From an uncultured Nitrospiraceae bacterium (lineage in GTDB: Bacteria; Nitrospirota; Thermodesulfovibrionia; Thermodesulfovibrionales; SM23-35): a DNA stretch of 64,000 nucleotides. A program made the position numbers and the translations under genes. This document shows positions 1 to 12,416 of the stretch, piece by piece. How positions within the stretch are numbered: the first letter of the stretch is position 1; each line of letters begins with the position of its first letter. Location of the stretch: assembly GCA_963727775.1 (NCBI GenBank), contig CAVSHB010000003.1, positions 384,001 through 448,000 of the forward strand, given 5' to 3'. The notes below the pieces were generated by a model. The model did not search any database, was not told the origin of the DNA, and worked only from the letters and a program-made list of their open reading frames with translations.

Positions 1-51
1 TAAAGAGACTATTTTGTCAAGGGGAAAAAATGAGTTAGGGAGATTATTTGA

Positions 52-127
52 TGGTGGGCAGTCGCAGAATCGAACTGCGGACACGAGGCTTTTCAGGCCT
101 CTGCTCTACCGACTGAGCTAACTGCCC
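52..127 (-). tRNA. tRNA-Phe(GAA)
   Basis: Reverse complement GGGCAGTTAGCTCAGTCGGTAGAGCA...CTGAAAA...GTTCGATTC...CTGCCCACCA folds as a cloverleaf; anticodon GAA; CCA encoded. Confidence 0.97.
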
Positions 128-279
128 ACGCCGTTTAACTTTACACTTTTGACTTTTCTACTGTCAAGGCATACGGCGGGCGTCTGCTTTGTACGTCTGA
201 AAAACCGCATAGCCGCAAGAAACGGGAATAACTATTTCAGCAAAGTTTAAAGTGTATGGAGTAAAATAGATACCAAATT

Positions 280-1836
280 ATGAGCCCTATATTTATAAAA
301 CATTTAATAACATACGGACCGGCTTTCATATCGGGGCTGCTCCTCGTGCTTTGTTACCCTACGATAGATCTTTTTCCGGTCGCATGGATCGCTCTGATCC
401 CATTCCTCCTGTCACTCTATGATAAAAAACCGAAACAGGCATTTAAGACCGGCATAGTTTTGGGTATCCCTTATTTTTTCGGCACCCTGTACTGGATATA
501 CCATTCGATAAATCATTACGGCGGTATATCGTTAATAACAAGCTTTGTTATCGTTATTTTGCTCTGTCTCTATCTCAGTCTCTATATAGGTATCTTCGCT
601 TTCTTGTTCTCGACAACGATCAGGCTTACAAAACTGCCGGCCCTGTTAATTGCGCCTGTGTTTTGGGTAGTGCTCGAGTTTCTTCGCTCCTATGTATTTA
701 CCGGATTCCCCTGGTCAAGCATAGGATATTCCCAGTATAAGTTTCTTACCGTCATCCAGTTTGCCGATATAACCGGCGTCTATGGAATATCTTTTCTTGT
801 TGTCGCCGTTAATGGGGCTTTAGCGGATATTTTTCTTATAAAACATCGGACGAAAGACATGCCGTTGTTTCCGCTTTCGTATACTGTTATCGGCTTCTCC
901 GTTCTCGTCGTATTTCTCATTTCTACTGTCATATACGGCCAGATAAGATTGAGAGAAGAAAGGCCGGGGAAACAATTCAGGGTAAGCATCGTACAGGGAA
1001 ACATAGAGCAGGACAAAAAGTGGGAGCCCTCGTACCAAAATGATGTTCTGGAAATCTATAAGGATCTTTCACTTAAAGCTGCTGCTTCTGAGCCGTCCAT
1101 GATCGTCTGGCCTGAGACAGCAGTGCCGTTCTTTTTTAAGACGGACAAAAAAAATTCGGAAGAGCTTGTTGATTTTCAAAAAAAGCTGAACACCTACCTC
1201 TTATTCGGAAGCGTCCTGATCAAAGACAAAATAGACAACAGATACACGCTCTCAAATAGCGCTGTCTTACTGGACGACACTGGAAAGGCATCTTATATCT
1301 ATGATAAAATACATTTAGTTCCGTTTGGAGAATACGTTCCGCTGCAAAAAATCCTCTTCTTCATAAATAAACTTGTTATCGGTATCGGGGATTATACTCG
1401 CGGCACCCATTATATTAAGGCAATGACCCCATATGGAGATTTTGGCACTTTGATATGCTATGAAATAATATTCCCCGGGCTTGTAAGAAAATTTTTCTCA
1501 AACGGCGGAGATTTTATGGTGAATATTACAAATGATGCATGGTTCGGAAAGACGACAGGCCCTTATCAGCATTTCAGCATGGCGGTTTTCCGCGCGGTCG
1601 AAAACAGAAAACCCGTCATAAGGTCCGCCAACACGGGCATCTCCGGCTTTATCGACAGTAGCGGCAGGATAATTTCGAAGACCGGCTTATTTCAGCGGGC
1701 CATACTCACGGAAGTAATAAAGACCGATCTAAAAAGGAGTTTCTATTCGAAGTATGGCGATCTTTTTTCATATGTGTGGATTATTTTTTCTATAATATTG
1801 CTGGCAAACTTGTTCGGCAAGACCAGAATTCTTTAA
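280..1836 (+). CDS. lnt: Apolipoprotein N-acyltransferase
   Basis: N-terminal TM helices, GFPW, QGNI, WPETA, YDKIHLVPFGEYVP, ICYE and NDAWFG motifs. Confidence 0.97.
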   Translation: MSPIFIKHLITYGPAFISGLLLVLCYPTIDLFPVAWIALIPFLLSLYDKKPKQAFKTGIVLGIPYFFGTLYWIYHSINHYGGISLITSFVIVILLCLYLSLYIGIFAFLFSTTIRLTKLPALLIAPVFWVVLEFLRSYVFTGFPWSSIGYSQYKFLTVIQFADITGVYGISFLVVAVNGALADIFLIKHRTKDMPLFPLSYTVIGFSVLVVFLISTVIYGQIRLREERPGKQFRVSIVQGNIEQDKKWEPSYQNDVLEIYKDLSLKAAASEPSMIVWPETAVPFFFKTDKKNSEELVDFQKKLNTYLLFGSVLIKDKIDNRYTLSNSAVLLDDTGKASYIYDKIHLVPFGEYVPLQKILFFINKLVIGIGDYTRGTHYIKAMTPYGDFGTLICYEIIFPGLVRKFFSNGGDFMVNITNDAWFGKTTGPYQHFSMAVFRAVENRKPVIRSANTGISGFIDSSGRIISKTGLFQRAILTEVIKTDLKRSFYSKYGDLFSYVWIIFSIILLANLFGKTRIL

Positions 1837-1845
1837 GGAGGCAGC

Positions 1846-2947
1846 ATGCTTTTACAAAATGAGTTAAAAGAAGAGTTATTGACCCTCAGGGAAAAAATGG
1901 AATCCTTAAGAGGTTATCTTTGATGTACCCGGCCTAAAAGAAGAAATTGAAAAAATCAAAAAGGACTTGACCCCTGAAGATGTGTGGTCGTCTCCCCAGT
2001 TTACGCGTGATCTGCTAAGGAGAAAGTCAAAGCTTGAGGACGTCATATCACATTTTGATTCATTGTCCGATAAATTAGCTTATCTGGAAGAATCGATAGG
2101 AATACTCGAAGAAGAAAGCGGAGACCTCTTCCTTAATGATCTGCACAGGGAAATTAAGGACATAAAGGATGAGATAGAAGCGCTTGAGATCCAATGCCTT
2201 CTCTCCGGTGAGATGGACAAGAATAATGCCATACTCATCTTCCATCCGGGCGCAGGCGGCATAGAAAGCCAGGATTGGGCACAAATGCTCATGAGAATGT
2301 ATCTGCGATGGGCTGAAAGACATAAGTTCAGCACACAGGTTGTCGACCTGCAGATGGGAGAAGAGGCGGGCATTAAAAACGCGACTGTTACCGTAGCCGG
2401 TCCTTACGCGTATGGCTACCTGAAAGGCGAGGTGGGTGTTCACAGGCTCGTCAGGATATCTCCTTTCGACGCGGGGAAAAGAAGGCACACATCATTCGCG
2501 GCAGTCCTTGTTTATCCGGAGGTTGAAGAAGATATTGATATAGATTTAAAAGAAGACGATGTAAAAATGGATACCTTCAGGGCCTCGGGGGCAGGAGGAC
2601 AGCATGTAAATAAGACTTCCTCTGCCGTAAGGCTCACCCATATGCCTACCGGTATTATTGTCTGTTGCCAGAATGAGCGGTCACAACATAAAAACAGGTC
2701 CATTGCCATGAAGATACTAAAGGCGCGCCTTTATGACCTGAAACTGAAAGAGCAGGAAAAAAGGATGGAAGGTTTTGCAGGAGACAAGAAAGGTATAGCA
2801 TGGGGTAGTCAGATAAGATCTTATATCCTTCAGCCTTACAGGATTATTAAAGACCACAGAACGGACATCGAAACAGGCAATGTTGATGCCGTACTCGACG
2901 GAGATATAGATGAATTTGTCAAAGCGTATCTGAGAAAAAAGACTTAG
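1846..2947 (+). CDS. prfB: Peptide chain release factor 2, +1 programmed frameshift at 1918-1924
   Basis: ATG 1846 after AAGGAGG; 25 codons to CTT TGA; +1 frame joins ORF 1967..2947 with SPF and GGQ motifs. Confidence 0.96.
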
Positions 2948-2959
2948 ATGCTTATGAAA

Positions 2960-3255
2960 AACTTTTTTCCTACTATTAGTTTTTTAAGAACTAAAAGAAA
3001 ATAGTAATCGTAGTAGGCGGTGTTTGCATGTTAAAAAGCCGGAATTAAACAGGATAAAACAACGAGTTGTGATGTTAAGAAAAGTTTTACGGATTGCGAA
3101 TAGTTTTCAACATATTTTAAGATAAGGGAGTTAAACAACATATTAAACAATTTTATAACAGATTTTCTTGTCTTCCTGTTAGTATTCGGCTATAATGTTT
3201 ACACCTCCCGCAAAAATTATTAACATGTGTTAGTAAAATGTTAATTATTATATTA
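2960..3255. promoter_or_regulatory. Candidate chromosomal replication origin (oriC)
   Basis: AT-rich region directly upstream of dnaA; TAG-TAA-TCG-TAG-TAG trios, GC cluster, tandem box-like sites and several further (T/A)n-TAACA 9-mers. Confidence 0.8.
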
Positions 3256-3260
3256 ATTCT

Positions 3261-4592
3261 ATGACATTAGAAGATATTTGGAATAATAGTCTTTCCAGGA
3301 TAGAAGATAAAGTCGGCAACAGTATTCTCGATCTATGGTTCCGTCCGATCAAACTCTCCCAGGTAAAAGAACAACAAGTTACAGTAGAGATACCTAACAG
3401 GTTCTTTAAAGACTGGATCGAGGACAATTATCCGGAAATAATAGCCGAATCAATCGGGGGTCTGTTGAATTACCCGGTTACTGTCCGTTACAGGATAGCC
3501 GAGAAAATAGATCCCGATGTAAAAAAGATGGATAGACGGATAGAAAGCCGGAGGCAGAAGCTTGCGAGCAGGGGAATCTATCTCAATCCGAAATATACAT
3601 TTGAAAATTTTATTATAGGGCCGAGCAACCAGTTTGCGCACGCAGCTGCAAAGGCCGTTGCAGAGACACCCGGCAAGGCTTACAACCCGTTTTTTATATA
3701 TGGGGGCGTTGGCCTCGGCAAGACCCACCTGATAACCGCCATAGGGAATGCCGTTATTGATAAAAGTCCGGAGATAGCTGTGATTTACGTTTCCGCAGAA
3801 CAATTTACAAATGAAGTAGTATCGGCAATCAGGCACGAGAAGATGGGCGAGCTGAAGGAGAAATACCGAAACGTCGACCTGCTGCTGCTCGATGACATAC
3901 ATTTTATCGCTAACAAGACACAAACCCAGGAGGAGTTTTTTCATACATTTAATGCAATATACGAGAGACAGAAACAGATAGTCATTTCGAGTGACAGGCC
4001 GCCCAAGGAAATAGGCGCTGTTACCGACAGGCTCAGGTCAAGGTTCAGTATGGGGCTCATAGCCGATATCCAACCGCCCGAGTTGGAGACAAAGATTGCT
4101 ATTATACAAAAAAAGGCTGAAATGGAAAAAATACCCATTCCCGACGATGTTGCGTATTACCTGGCATCAAAAGTAAAATCAAACGTCCGGGAACTTGAGG
4201 GTTGTCTTATCCGGTTGGGCGCGCAGGCTTCTCTGACGGGAAGACCCATTAACAAAGATATGGCGAAGAATATCCTGCAGGACCTCATCGAAGAGGACGA
4301 AAAACCCATTACAACGGACCAAATCCAGAAAATAGTCTGTGATCATTTTGCACTCAAATTGTCCGATATAAAGGCAAAGAAAAGGACAAAGGAGATTGCT
4401 TTACCACGACAGATAGCAATGTACTTGTGCAAACAGCTGACCAGTCTTTCTCTCGGTGATATAGGAAAGAGCTTTGGCGGGAAAGACCATGCGACTGTTA
4501 TATATTCTAATAAACAGATTGAAGAAAAAAGGGCAAAGGACGAAGCATTCAACCGGATGATCGAGGGCCTTTTACGGAAGGCAAAAGGATGA
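3261..4592 (+). CDS. dnaA: Chromosomal replication initiator DnaA
   Basis: LNPKYTFENF, Walker A GGVGLGKTHL, QEEFFHTFN, NVRELEG, domain IV GGKDHATV. Confidence 0.99.
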   Translation: MTLEDIWNNSLSRIEDKVGNSILDLWFRPIKLSQVKEQQVTVEIPNRFFKDWIEDNYPEIIAESIGGLLNYPVTVRYRIAEKIDPDVKKMDRRIESRRQKLASRGIYLNPKYTFENFIIGPSNQFAHAAAKAVAETPGKAYNPFFIYGGVGLGKTHLITAIGNAVIDKSPEIAVIYVSAEQFTNEVVSAIRHEKMGELKEKYRNVDLLLLDDIHFIANKTQTQEEFFHTFNAIYERQKQIVISSDRPPKEIGAVTDRLRSRFSMGLIADIQPPELETKIAIIQKKAEMEKIPIPDDVAYYLASKVKSNVRELEGCLIRLGAQASLTGRPINKDMAKNILQDLIEEDEKPITTDQIQKIVCDHFALKLSDIKAKKRTKEIALPRQIAMYLCKQLTSLSLGDIGKSFGGKDHATVIYSNKQIEEKRAKDEAFNRMIEGLLRKAKG

Positions 4593-4656
4593 AGTGTGGC
4601 CTGTTCAATAAACTGTCTGCGATCCACGGAGATAGCCGAATTATGGAGGAGGGAAT

Positions 4657-5771
4657 ATGAAACTAAGTGTGTCAAAAATTGAGATGCAGGAAAAGCTTGC
4701 GCATATTCAGAACATTGTTGAAAAAAAGAATACGATGCCTATATTAAGCCATTTCCTTCTTAGCGCGGGTAAAAAGGGTTCATACATAATTGCTACGGAT
4801 ATCGAGACAGCCTTAAAAGAGCCTCTCGATGCCAATATCGAGAAAGAAGGAAAAATCTGTATACCGGCAAGAAAACTGTTTGAGATTGTCAGGGAAGTGG
4901 ACGGGGATTTGTCATTCGAAGTAGTTGACGAGCAATGGCTCAAGGTCCGGTCGGGTGCGAGCGATTTCAGACTTGCGTGCTTGCCCCATGGTGACTTTCC
5001 AACCTGGCCTTCGACGGGTGATGTTGAAGAAGTCACCATAAATGCCCCGGTATTGCAGGAAATGATCGAAAAGACTATCTACTCCGCGGGAGAGAGCGAT
5101 ACAAGATATACGCTGAACGGCCTGCTCTTCCACGCAAAGCCCGGGGACAAGTCCCTCACTGTAGTAGGCACTGACGGACACAGGCTTGCATTAATAATCA
5201 GGCAAATGGACGACGAGATAAAGAACGAAAAGAGGATAGTGGTGCCTCGTAAGGCGGTTTCCGAGCTGAGGCGGTTTCTCACTGATTCCGGCGAAGGCGA
5301 AGAGACAAAAAAGACCAGGATTTCGATCGGGGAAAAGCACCTTCTTTTCAGTATTGACAACATACAGTTTCTTACGAGACTGATAGACGGGGCATATCCC
5401 AATTATGAAAATGTCATCCCTCAAGCGAATGAAAAAAAGATGTCCATCGGGACAGATACCTTTTCAAAAGTGCTGCGAAGGGTGTCTGTAATGTCTAAAG
5501 AAAGAGCAAGCGCCGTCAGGTTTGACCTTGAAGAGGACAAGCTGACTGTTTCATCATCGAGCCCCGACCTCGGCGAGGCAAAAGAAGAGGTTTTAGTTGA
5601 TTATAAGGGGGACAAAGTCTCTCTCGGTTTTAATGCGCGGTATATGCTGGATGTTCTGGGGGCAATGACCTCGGATAAGGTCCTCCTTGAGCTCCAGGAC
5701 CCATTAAGTCCGGTGCTTGTAAAAGAGGACGGCTCCGAGGAGTATAAGTGTGTGATTATGCCTATGAGGAT

Positions 5772-5775
<4 letters not shown>
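4657..5775 (+). CDS. dnaN: DNA polymerase III beta clamp
   Basis: MPILS, ATD, TDGHRLA, YPNYENVIP, FNARY, VIMPMRI; follows dnaA. Confidence 0.98.
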
Positions 5776-8351
<2,576 letters not shown>

Positions 8352-8828
8352 TAATTGTGTAGGATGCTATCAGATCGCAGAAAAGTTTTAGAATTGTGAA
8401 ATAAAGTTTTGCATTTTTGTGCAGTAAAGTTTTGTGCCTGTCGTGTTAGCTCTCTCATAAAAGGTGATCGGTATCGTCTTCACCTCCTACCTGCACTAAA
8501 GTATCTACTTCAGAAGAGATGATTTCGAGTTGAAACCTGTGAAAATGAAGAATGAAGGTTTGACCCTACTGGACTCATTTTAAGTCCTTACCTTCGCTAC
8601 TAGATAAAAGTCTGTTGAACCTGTTACAAGTTTGAGATTTAAATAATAATTGCAGAGATTAACTCACCATCTAAGCCACTGACAATGTCAGTGGTGGGGT
8701 ATGGGGGCGAAGGCCCCATACCTTTGGCGAACCGACAAGGTCGGTGGTAGTTGACTGCCCCTATTGCCAGGTCTGTATCAGAAAACGTATCATGGAAATA
8801 ACGAACCTTCAGAAGGCTAACACTTGAA

Positions 8829-10477
8829 CCTAAAAACGGCAGTTGACATCATAAATGGCACAAGTTAGGGAGTATCCAGGCAGGTTTTATCCTTAATGGG
8901 CCGATCAATTTTCTAAATGCGTACAATGCAATGAACCTTACGCGTTCAGAGAGATTCAACTGCTCCGCAGTAACTTTAACGCGCCCGAGAAAGCGCGACA
9001 GATTTCGCAATGCGCTTTCTACCTTCGCTGCCTTTGCATGCTGATTTGTAATAGTCAAGAAAGTCTGTCCGCCATGGCTTGTTTTTTTGGCCACTGCATG
9101 TAAAAGCAATGGGCGGCTTGTGATGGCCTCGTGATGTTTGTTAGGATTTGCAAGACGTACAAATAGAGACCACCAATTGTATATGAGGGCAACCATACGG
9201 CTGACAAAACGGCACCGCTTCAAATCTTTCGTCGTGTAACCACCCCAGCCCCACTGGTTTTTCAATTCATCGAAGCAGTTTTCACTGTCTGCACGATCCC
9301 GGTAATGCTGGGCTATGGATAAAATATCATCAGGCAGTGATGTTACAAGCACTGCGTATTCATATTTCCCAATCCGCCCTTCCGTTTCTATAAATGCCAT
9401 ATCCAACTGATCCTTCGCCGTCTTCTGCTTAAGCAGTATATCTCCTGTAATAAGGCGACGCAGAACTATTACACGACGACTACGGCTCCATCCACTCAGT
9501 TTCAATGATGATTCTGTCCCCTTGTATCCTTGTCCGGCATCTGCCCAGTCATCAATTTCAAAAAGCCTCTCAATGAGACGTTTGACGTTCTTTGTGAGCC
9601 TGAGCTTGGTAAGGTAATGAATTCTCCTTGCTTCTGCTCCTGACAGTACCCCCTCTACTCCAAAAGCAACATCTCCCCGTATAAATGCCGGCCAATTCCC
9701 TTTGGGTATGCTTTCAAGCAGTTGCCACAGTCCAGCAGTATTGTGATTTGATGCCGTCTCATTCCCGGGCTTCACTTCAACTTTCAACGCCAATCTGGTA
9801 TTTGCCATGAAATAACTATGGTAGCAGTGTGAGGGCCGACCCCGTTTTTTCGGATTGTATCCGACAACTGCTCCCTCCTGTTTTCCATACAAACACTTCA
9901 CTGTCGTATCTGTATCAAGTATCCAAGAAGGACCTGCTACTACGGATAATACCGGCATTGTACAGCGGGCAAACTGAGTTTCAAGCCACTGTATTCCATC
10001 TTTTTCCTCTATATTCAATAAGGCCCGTCGCGCTGCATCTTCGCTGATGATTTTCTTCATCCCCAATAGCTCAGGATTGACGCCATCACAACGAATTGCC
10101 GATATATGCGCATACCGCTTGTGCCCGGCAAGTATGGAAAGCATCAAGGTTCCCAATATATCCCGCTTAGCAGGCGCATTAGGACTGCTGTACTCAAGCG
10201 GACAATCATCTACAAAGCTATCGAACAACCCGCTGACTTTCAGAAACTCTATGAAAAATGGAAGTTGCCCTAATGGTGTTACTGCTGCTTGTCTGTCCCA
10301 TTCAACGTGAATCTTTCCCGCATATGTGTCGAGCCCTGCGCGGTTATTTTCCCTTGCCAATGCCCGTCGCTTTGCTTCACCCATCAGGTGATCCCTCCCT
10401 TGCTGTGTTTTTTACGCTTCCATGAATATTATCACAAGGTTACTGCGATAGGTGGGTTCTTAGCTGCTGTTTATAGG
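8829..10477 (-). mobile_element. IS1380-family insertion sequence, apparently intact, 5-bp target duplication TTGAA
   Basis: Imperfect terminal IRs CCTAAAAACGGCAGTT / revcomp CCTATAAACAGCAGCT; TTGAA at 8824-8828 and 10478-10482. Confidence 0.88.
8849..10384 (-). CDS. DDE transposase (IS1380 family)
   Basis: ILDTDTT, YGKQEGAVVGYNP, IRGD, YRDRADSENCFDELKNQW motifs. Confidence 0.9.
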   Translation of the reverse strand: MGEAKRRALARENNRAGLDTYAGKIHVEWDRQAAVTPLGQLPFFIEFLKVSGLFDSFVDDCPLEYSSPNAPAKRDILGTLMLSILAGHKRYAHISAIRCDGVNPELLGMKKIISEDAARRALLNIEEKDGIQWLETQFARCTMPVLSVVAGPSWILDTDTTVKCLYGKQEGAVVGYNPKKRGRPSHCYHSYFMANTRLALKVEVKPGNETASNHNTAGLWQLLESIPKGNWPAFIRGDVAFGVEGVLSGAEARRIHYLTKLRLTKNVKRLIERLFEIDDWADAGQGYKGTESSLKLSGWSRSRRVIVLRRLITGDILLKQKTAKDQLDMAFIETEGRIGKYEYAVLVTSLPDDILSIAQHYRDRADSENCFDELKNQWGWGGYTTKDLKRCRFVSRMVALIYNWWSLFVRLANPNKHHEAITSRPLLLHAVAKKTSHGGQTFLTITNQHAKAAKVESALRNLSRFLGRVKVTAEQLNLSERVRFIALYAFRKLIGPLRIKPAWILPNLCHL

Positions 10478-10644
10478 TTGAATACTAATTCATTTTATAA
10501 ATATCGCAAAATTACTAATCTGAACAAATTGAATGAGGACTATGCATTGGATGCATTACTTAACTGTTACGCTATTTTCTCTGGGCGAAAGAATTTTAAC
10601 GATCTTTTCGATAGCAAAATTGATCTTGTATCCCCAACTCCTAA
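10478..10644 (+). pseudogene. 5' fragment of a DUF2971-like gene between two IS1380 elements
   Basis: Reads (M)NTNSFYKYRK...FSGRKNFNDLFDS, resembling the YKYR...FS...FNDPFD start of DUF2971 proteins; cut at the next IS end. Confidence 0.5.
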
Positions 10645-11360
10645 CCCACATAATTCATAAATTTTTGACACATGAGATTTTTGGTGGCTTTTTGAGTCAA
10701 GTGAAGACAATAGAAGACCAATACGGAGCAGTTTTATAGACGAGTCACGATCTGATCTCGTAAAATCAGTCGGAGAAGGGCTTCATGGCAGTTTTTAAGC
10801 GCACTTCACCATTGAGGATATTTCCTGTTGAAGTTTTTCCGTAAGAAAATGTTCAAGTCGTATAAGCAGCAAGCCGACGATATACTAACGCAAAGATCTT
10901 CTTCCAGGGATAGCCACTGGCCAAGCGAAACCACACCCGCCGGGCTGTCTGGATTACCTGGGCTCCAATCTTCAGAAGTCTCAACCTCAACTGCTGGATC
11001 TGCATCGAAGCAAACTCTGTTTTCTGGAGAGCTTCTCTGAGTCTCAGAACAAGCCAGTACGCCGCCATATGAAGGAAGAGCCTGAACTGATTCGCAACAA
11101 AGCGGTGGCAACTTAATCGATCTGCTTTGAGACCATTCTTGAACTCGTCAATCCGTACTTCACATGTACCGCCACGCTCAGTGTAGAACTCGTAGAGTTC
11201 TTTTGATTCATGAGAGAGGTTGGTCACAACAAAACGGCTGTTGGGTCCCTGTGGCAGCCATTCCGCCTTCATGATTACCCGACGTTCTGTCGCCCAGCTC
11301 TGAGCCTGATACTTTCCCTCGGTAAAGAGCCGTTGCTTCTGCCCGGTCGAAGAAGCAATT
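10645..11360 (-). mobile_element. IS1380-family remnant (3' part of transposase 10853..11360 plus right end)
   Basis: YQAQSW..ERRVIMKAE, RFVVTNL, YTERGGTCEVRIDEFKNGLKADRLSCHRFVANQFRL; end motif CCCACATAATTCATAA next to CTAA; 5' part replaced by the Y1 element. Confidence 0.85.
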
Positions 11361-12373
11361 AGGGTCAGGTCTACACAGTTGACACAGGATGCAGAGTTAG
11401 GATAAAATGATTGCTCGAAATGGCACGACCGCTTAGAATTGAATACAGGGACGCCTTTTATCACGTAACCGCACGCGGGAATGAGCAGGGAACGATATAT
11501 CGTGACGATAAGGATAAAGAGCGGTTTCTTGCGTATCTGGAAAGCGCTGTTGTGCGGTACAAAGCCGTTATTCATGCCTATTGTCTCATGAGTAACCATT
11601 ATCATCTTCTAATATCCACACCCGCGGGCAATCTGTCGCAAATCCTACGGCATATTAACGGCGCATACACCGTCTATTTCAATAAGAGGCACAAAAGGGT
11701 CGGACATCTTTTCCAAGGCAGATACAAGGCAATCCTTGTTGAAGCCGACGAATATGCAGGAGAGCTTTCGCGGTACATTCATCTTAATCCAGTTAGAGCC
11801 GGACTTGTCGATCGTCCAGAGAACTATATCTGGTCGAGTTATTTGTCTTACATCGACAGGAGGAAAGCCTCCGACTGGCTGAAAACCGACTGGTTGCTCC
11901 GGTATTTTGGAAAGAGACTTTCCGATTCCGTAAACGCATACCGTGAATTTGTGGAAGCAAGGAGCGGTGTTGCCAAAGAAAGCCCGCTCGGTGCTGCGGT
12001 GGCGTCCTCTGTACTTGGTAGCGAAGAATTCATAGACGATATTAGGGAGAGATACCTTTCTGGCAGGAAAAAGGATCGAAACCTGCCTGCACTTGCGGCA
12101 TTGACAAGGATTTCCCCGAAGGACATAACCGGGAAGGTCCGGCTGGAGTTCAGGGATGACCCCGATTTGGAGAAAAAGGTGGGAATCTATTTGAGCCACA
12201 GATTCAGCGGAGTAACACTTAAAGAAATCGGACAGCTGTTTAGCATAAGTGAATCGGCAGTATCGCAAGCGAGTCGCAGATTTGAAACGATGCTTGCTAC
12301 AGACCGGAGGCTGAGGAAGAGGGTTGGAAAATTGCAGAAGCTCCTGGCTTGTTAATTGTGTAGACCTGACCCT
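11361..12373 (+). mobile_element. Y1/RAYT-type transposase element bounded by 24-bp inverted repeats
   Basis: AGGGTCAGGTCTACACAGTTGACA at 11361-11384 and TGTTAATTGTGTAGACCTGACCCT at 12350-12373 (22/24 match). Confidence 0.85.
11420..12355 (+). CDS. REP-associated tyrosine transposase (HUH/Y1) with C-terminal HTH
   Basis: MARPLRIE, YHVTARGN, YCLMSNHYHLL (HUH), GHLFQGRYKA, YIHLNPVRAG, WSSY; C-terminal TLKEIG HTH. Confidence 0.92.
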   Translation: MARPLRIEYRDAFYHVTARGNEQGTIYRDDKDKERFLAYLESAVVRYKAVIHAYCLMSNHYHLLISTPAGNLSQILRHINGAYTVYFNKRHKRVGHLFQGRYKAILVEADEYAGELSRYIHLNPVRAGLVDRPENYIWSSYLSYIDRRKASDWLKTDWLLRYFGKRLSDSVNAYREFVEARSGVAKESPLGAAVASSVLGSEEFIDDIRERYLSGRKKDRNLPALAALTRISPKDITGKVRLEFRDDPDLEKKVGIYLSHRFSGVTLKEIGQLFSISESAVSQASRRFETMLATDRRLRKRVGKLQKLLAC

Positions 12374-12416
12374 TATGATGTGATTCTCAAAGCTATCGAG
12401 ATTTTGGAGGTGAATT

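Noticed and set aside
1967..2947. prfB as a 326-aa TTG-start gene or a pseudogene
   Set aside because: Explained by the standard +1 frameshift from ATG 1846
10853..11605. 250-aa ORF as a complete transposase
   Set aside because: Chimeric: the first ~80 codons are the antisense of the Y1 element; only the part below 11360 is IS1380
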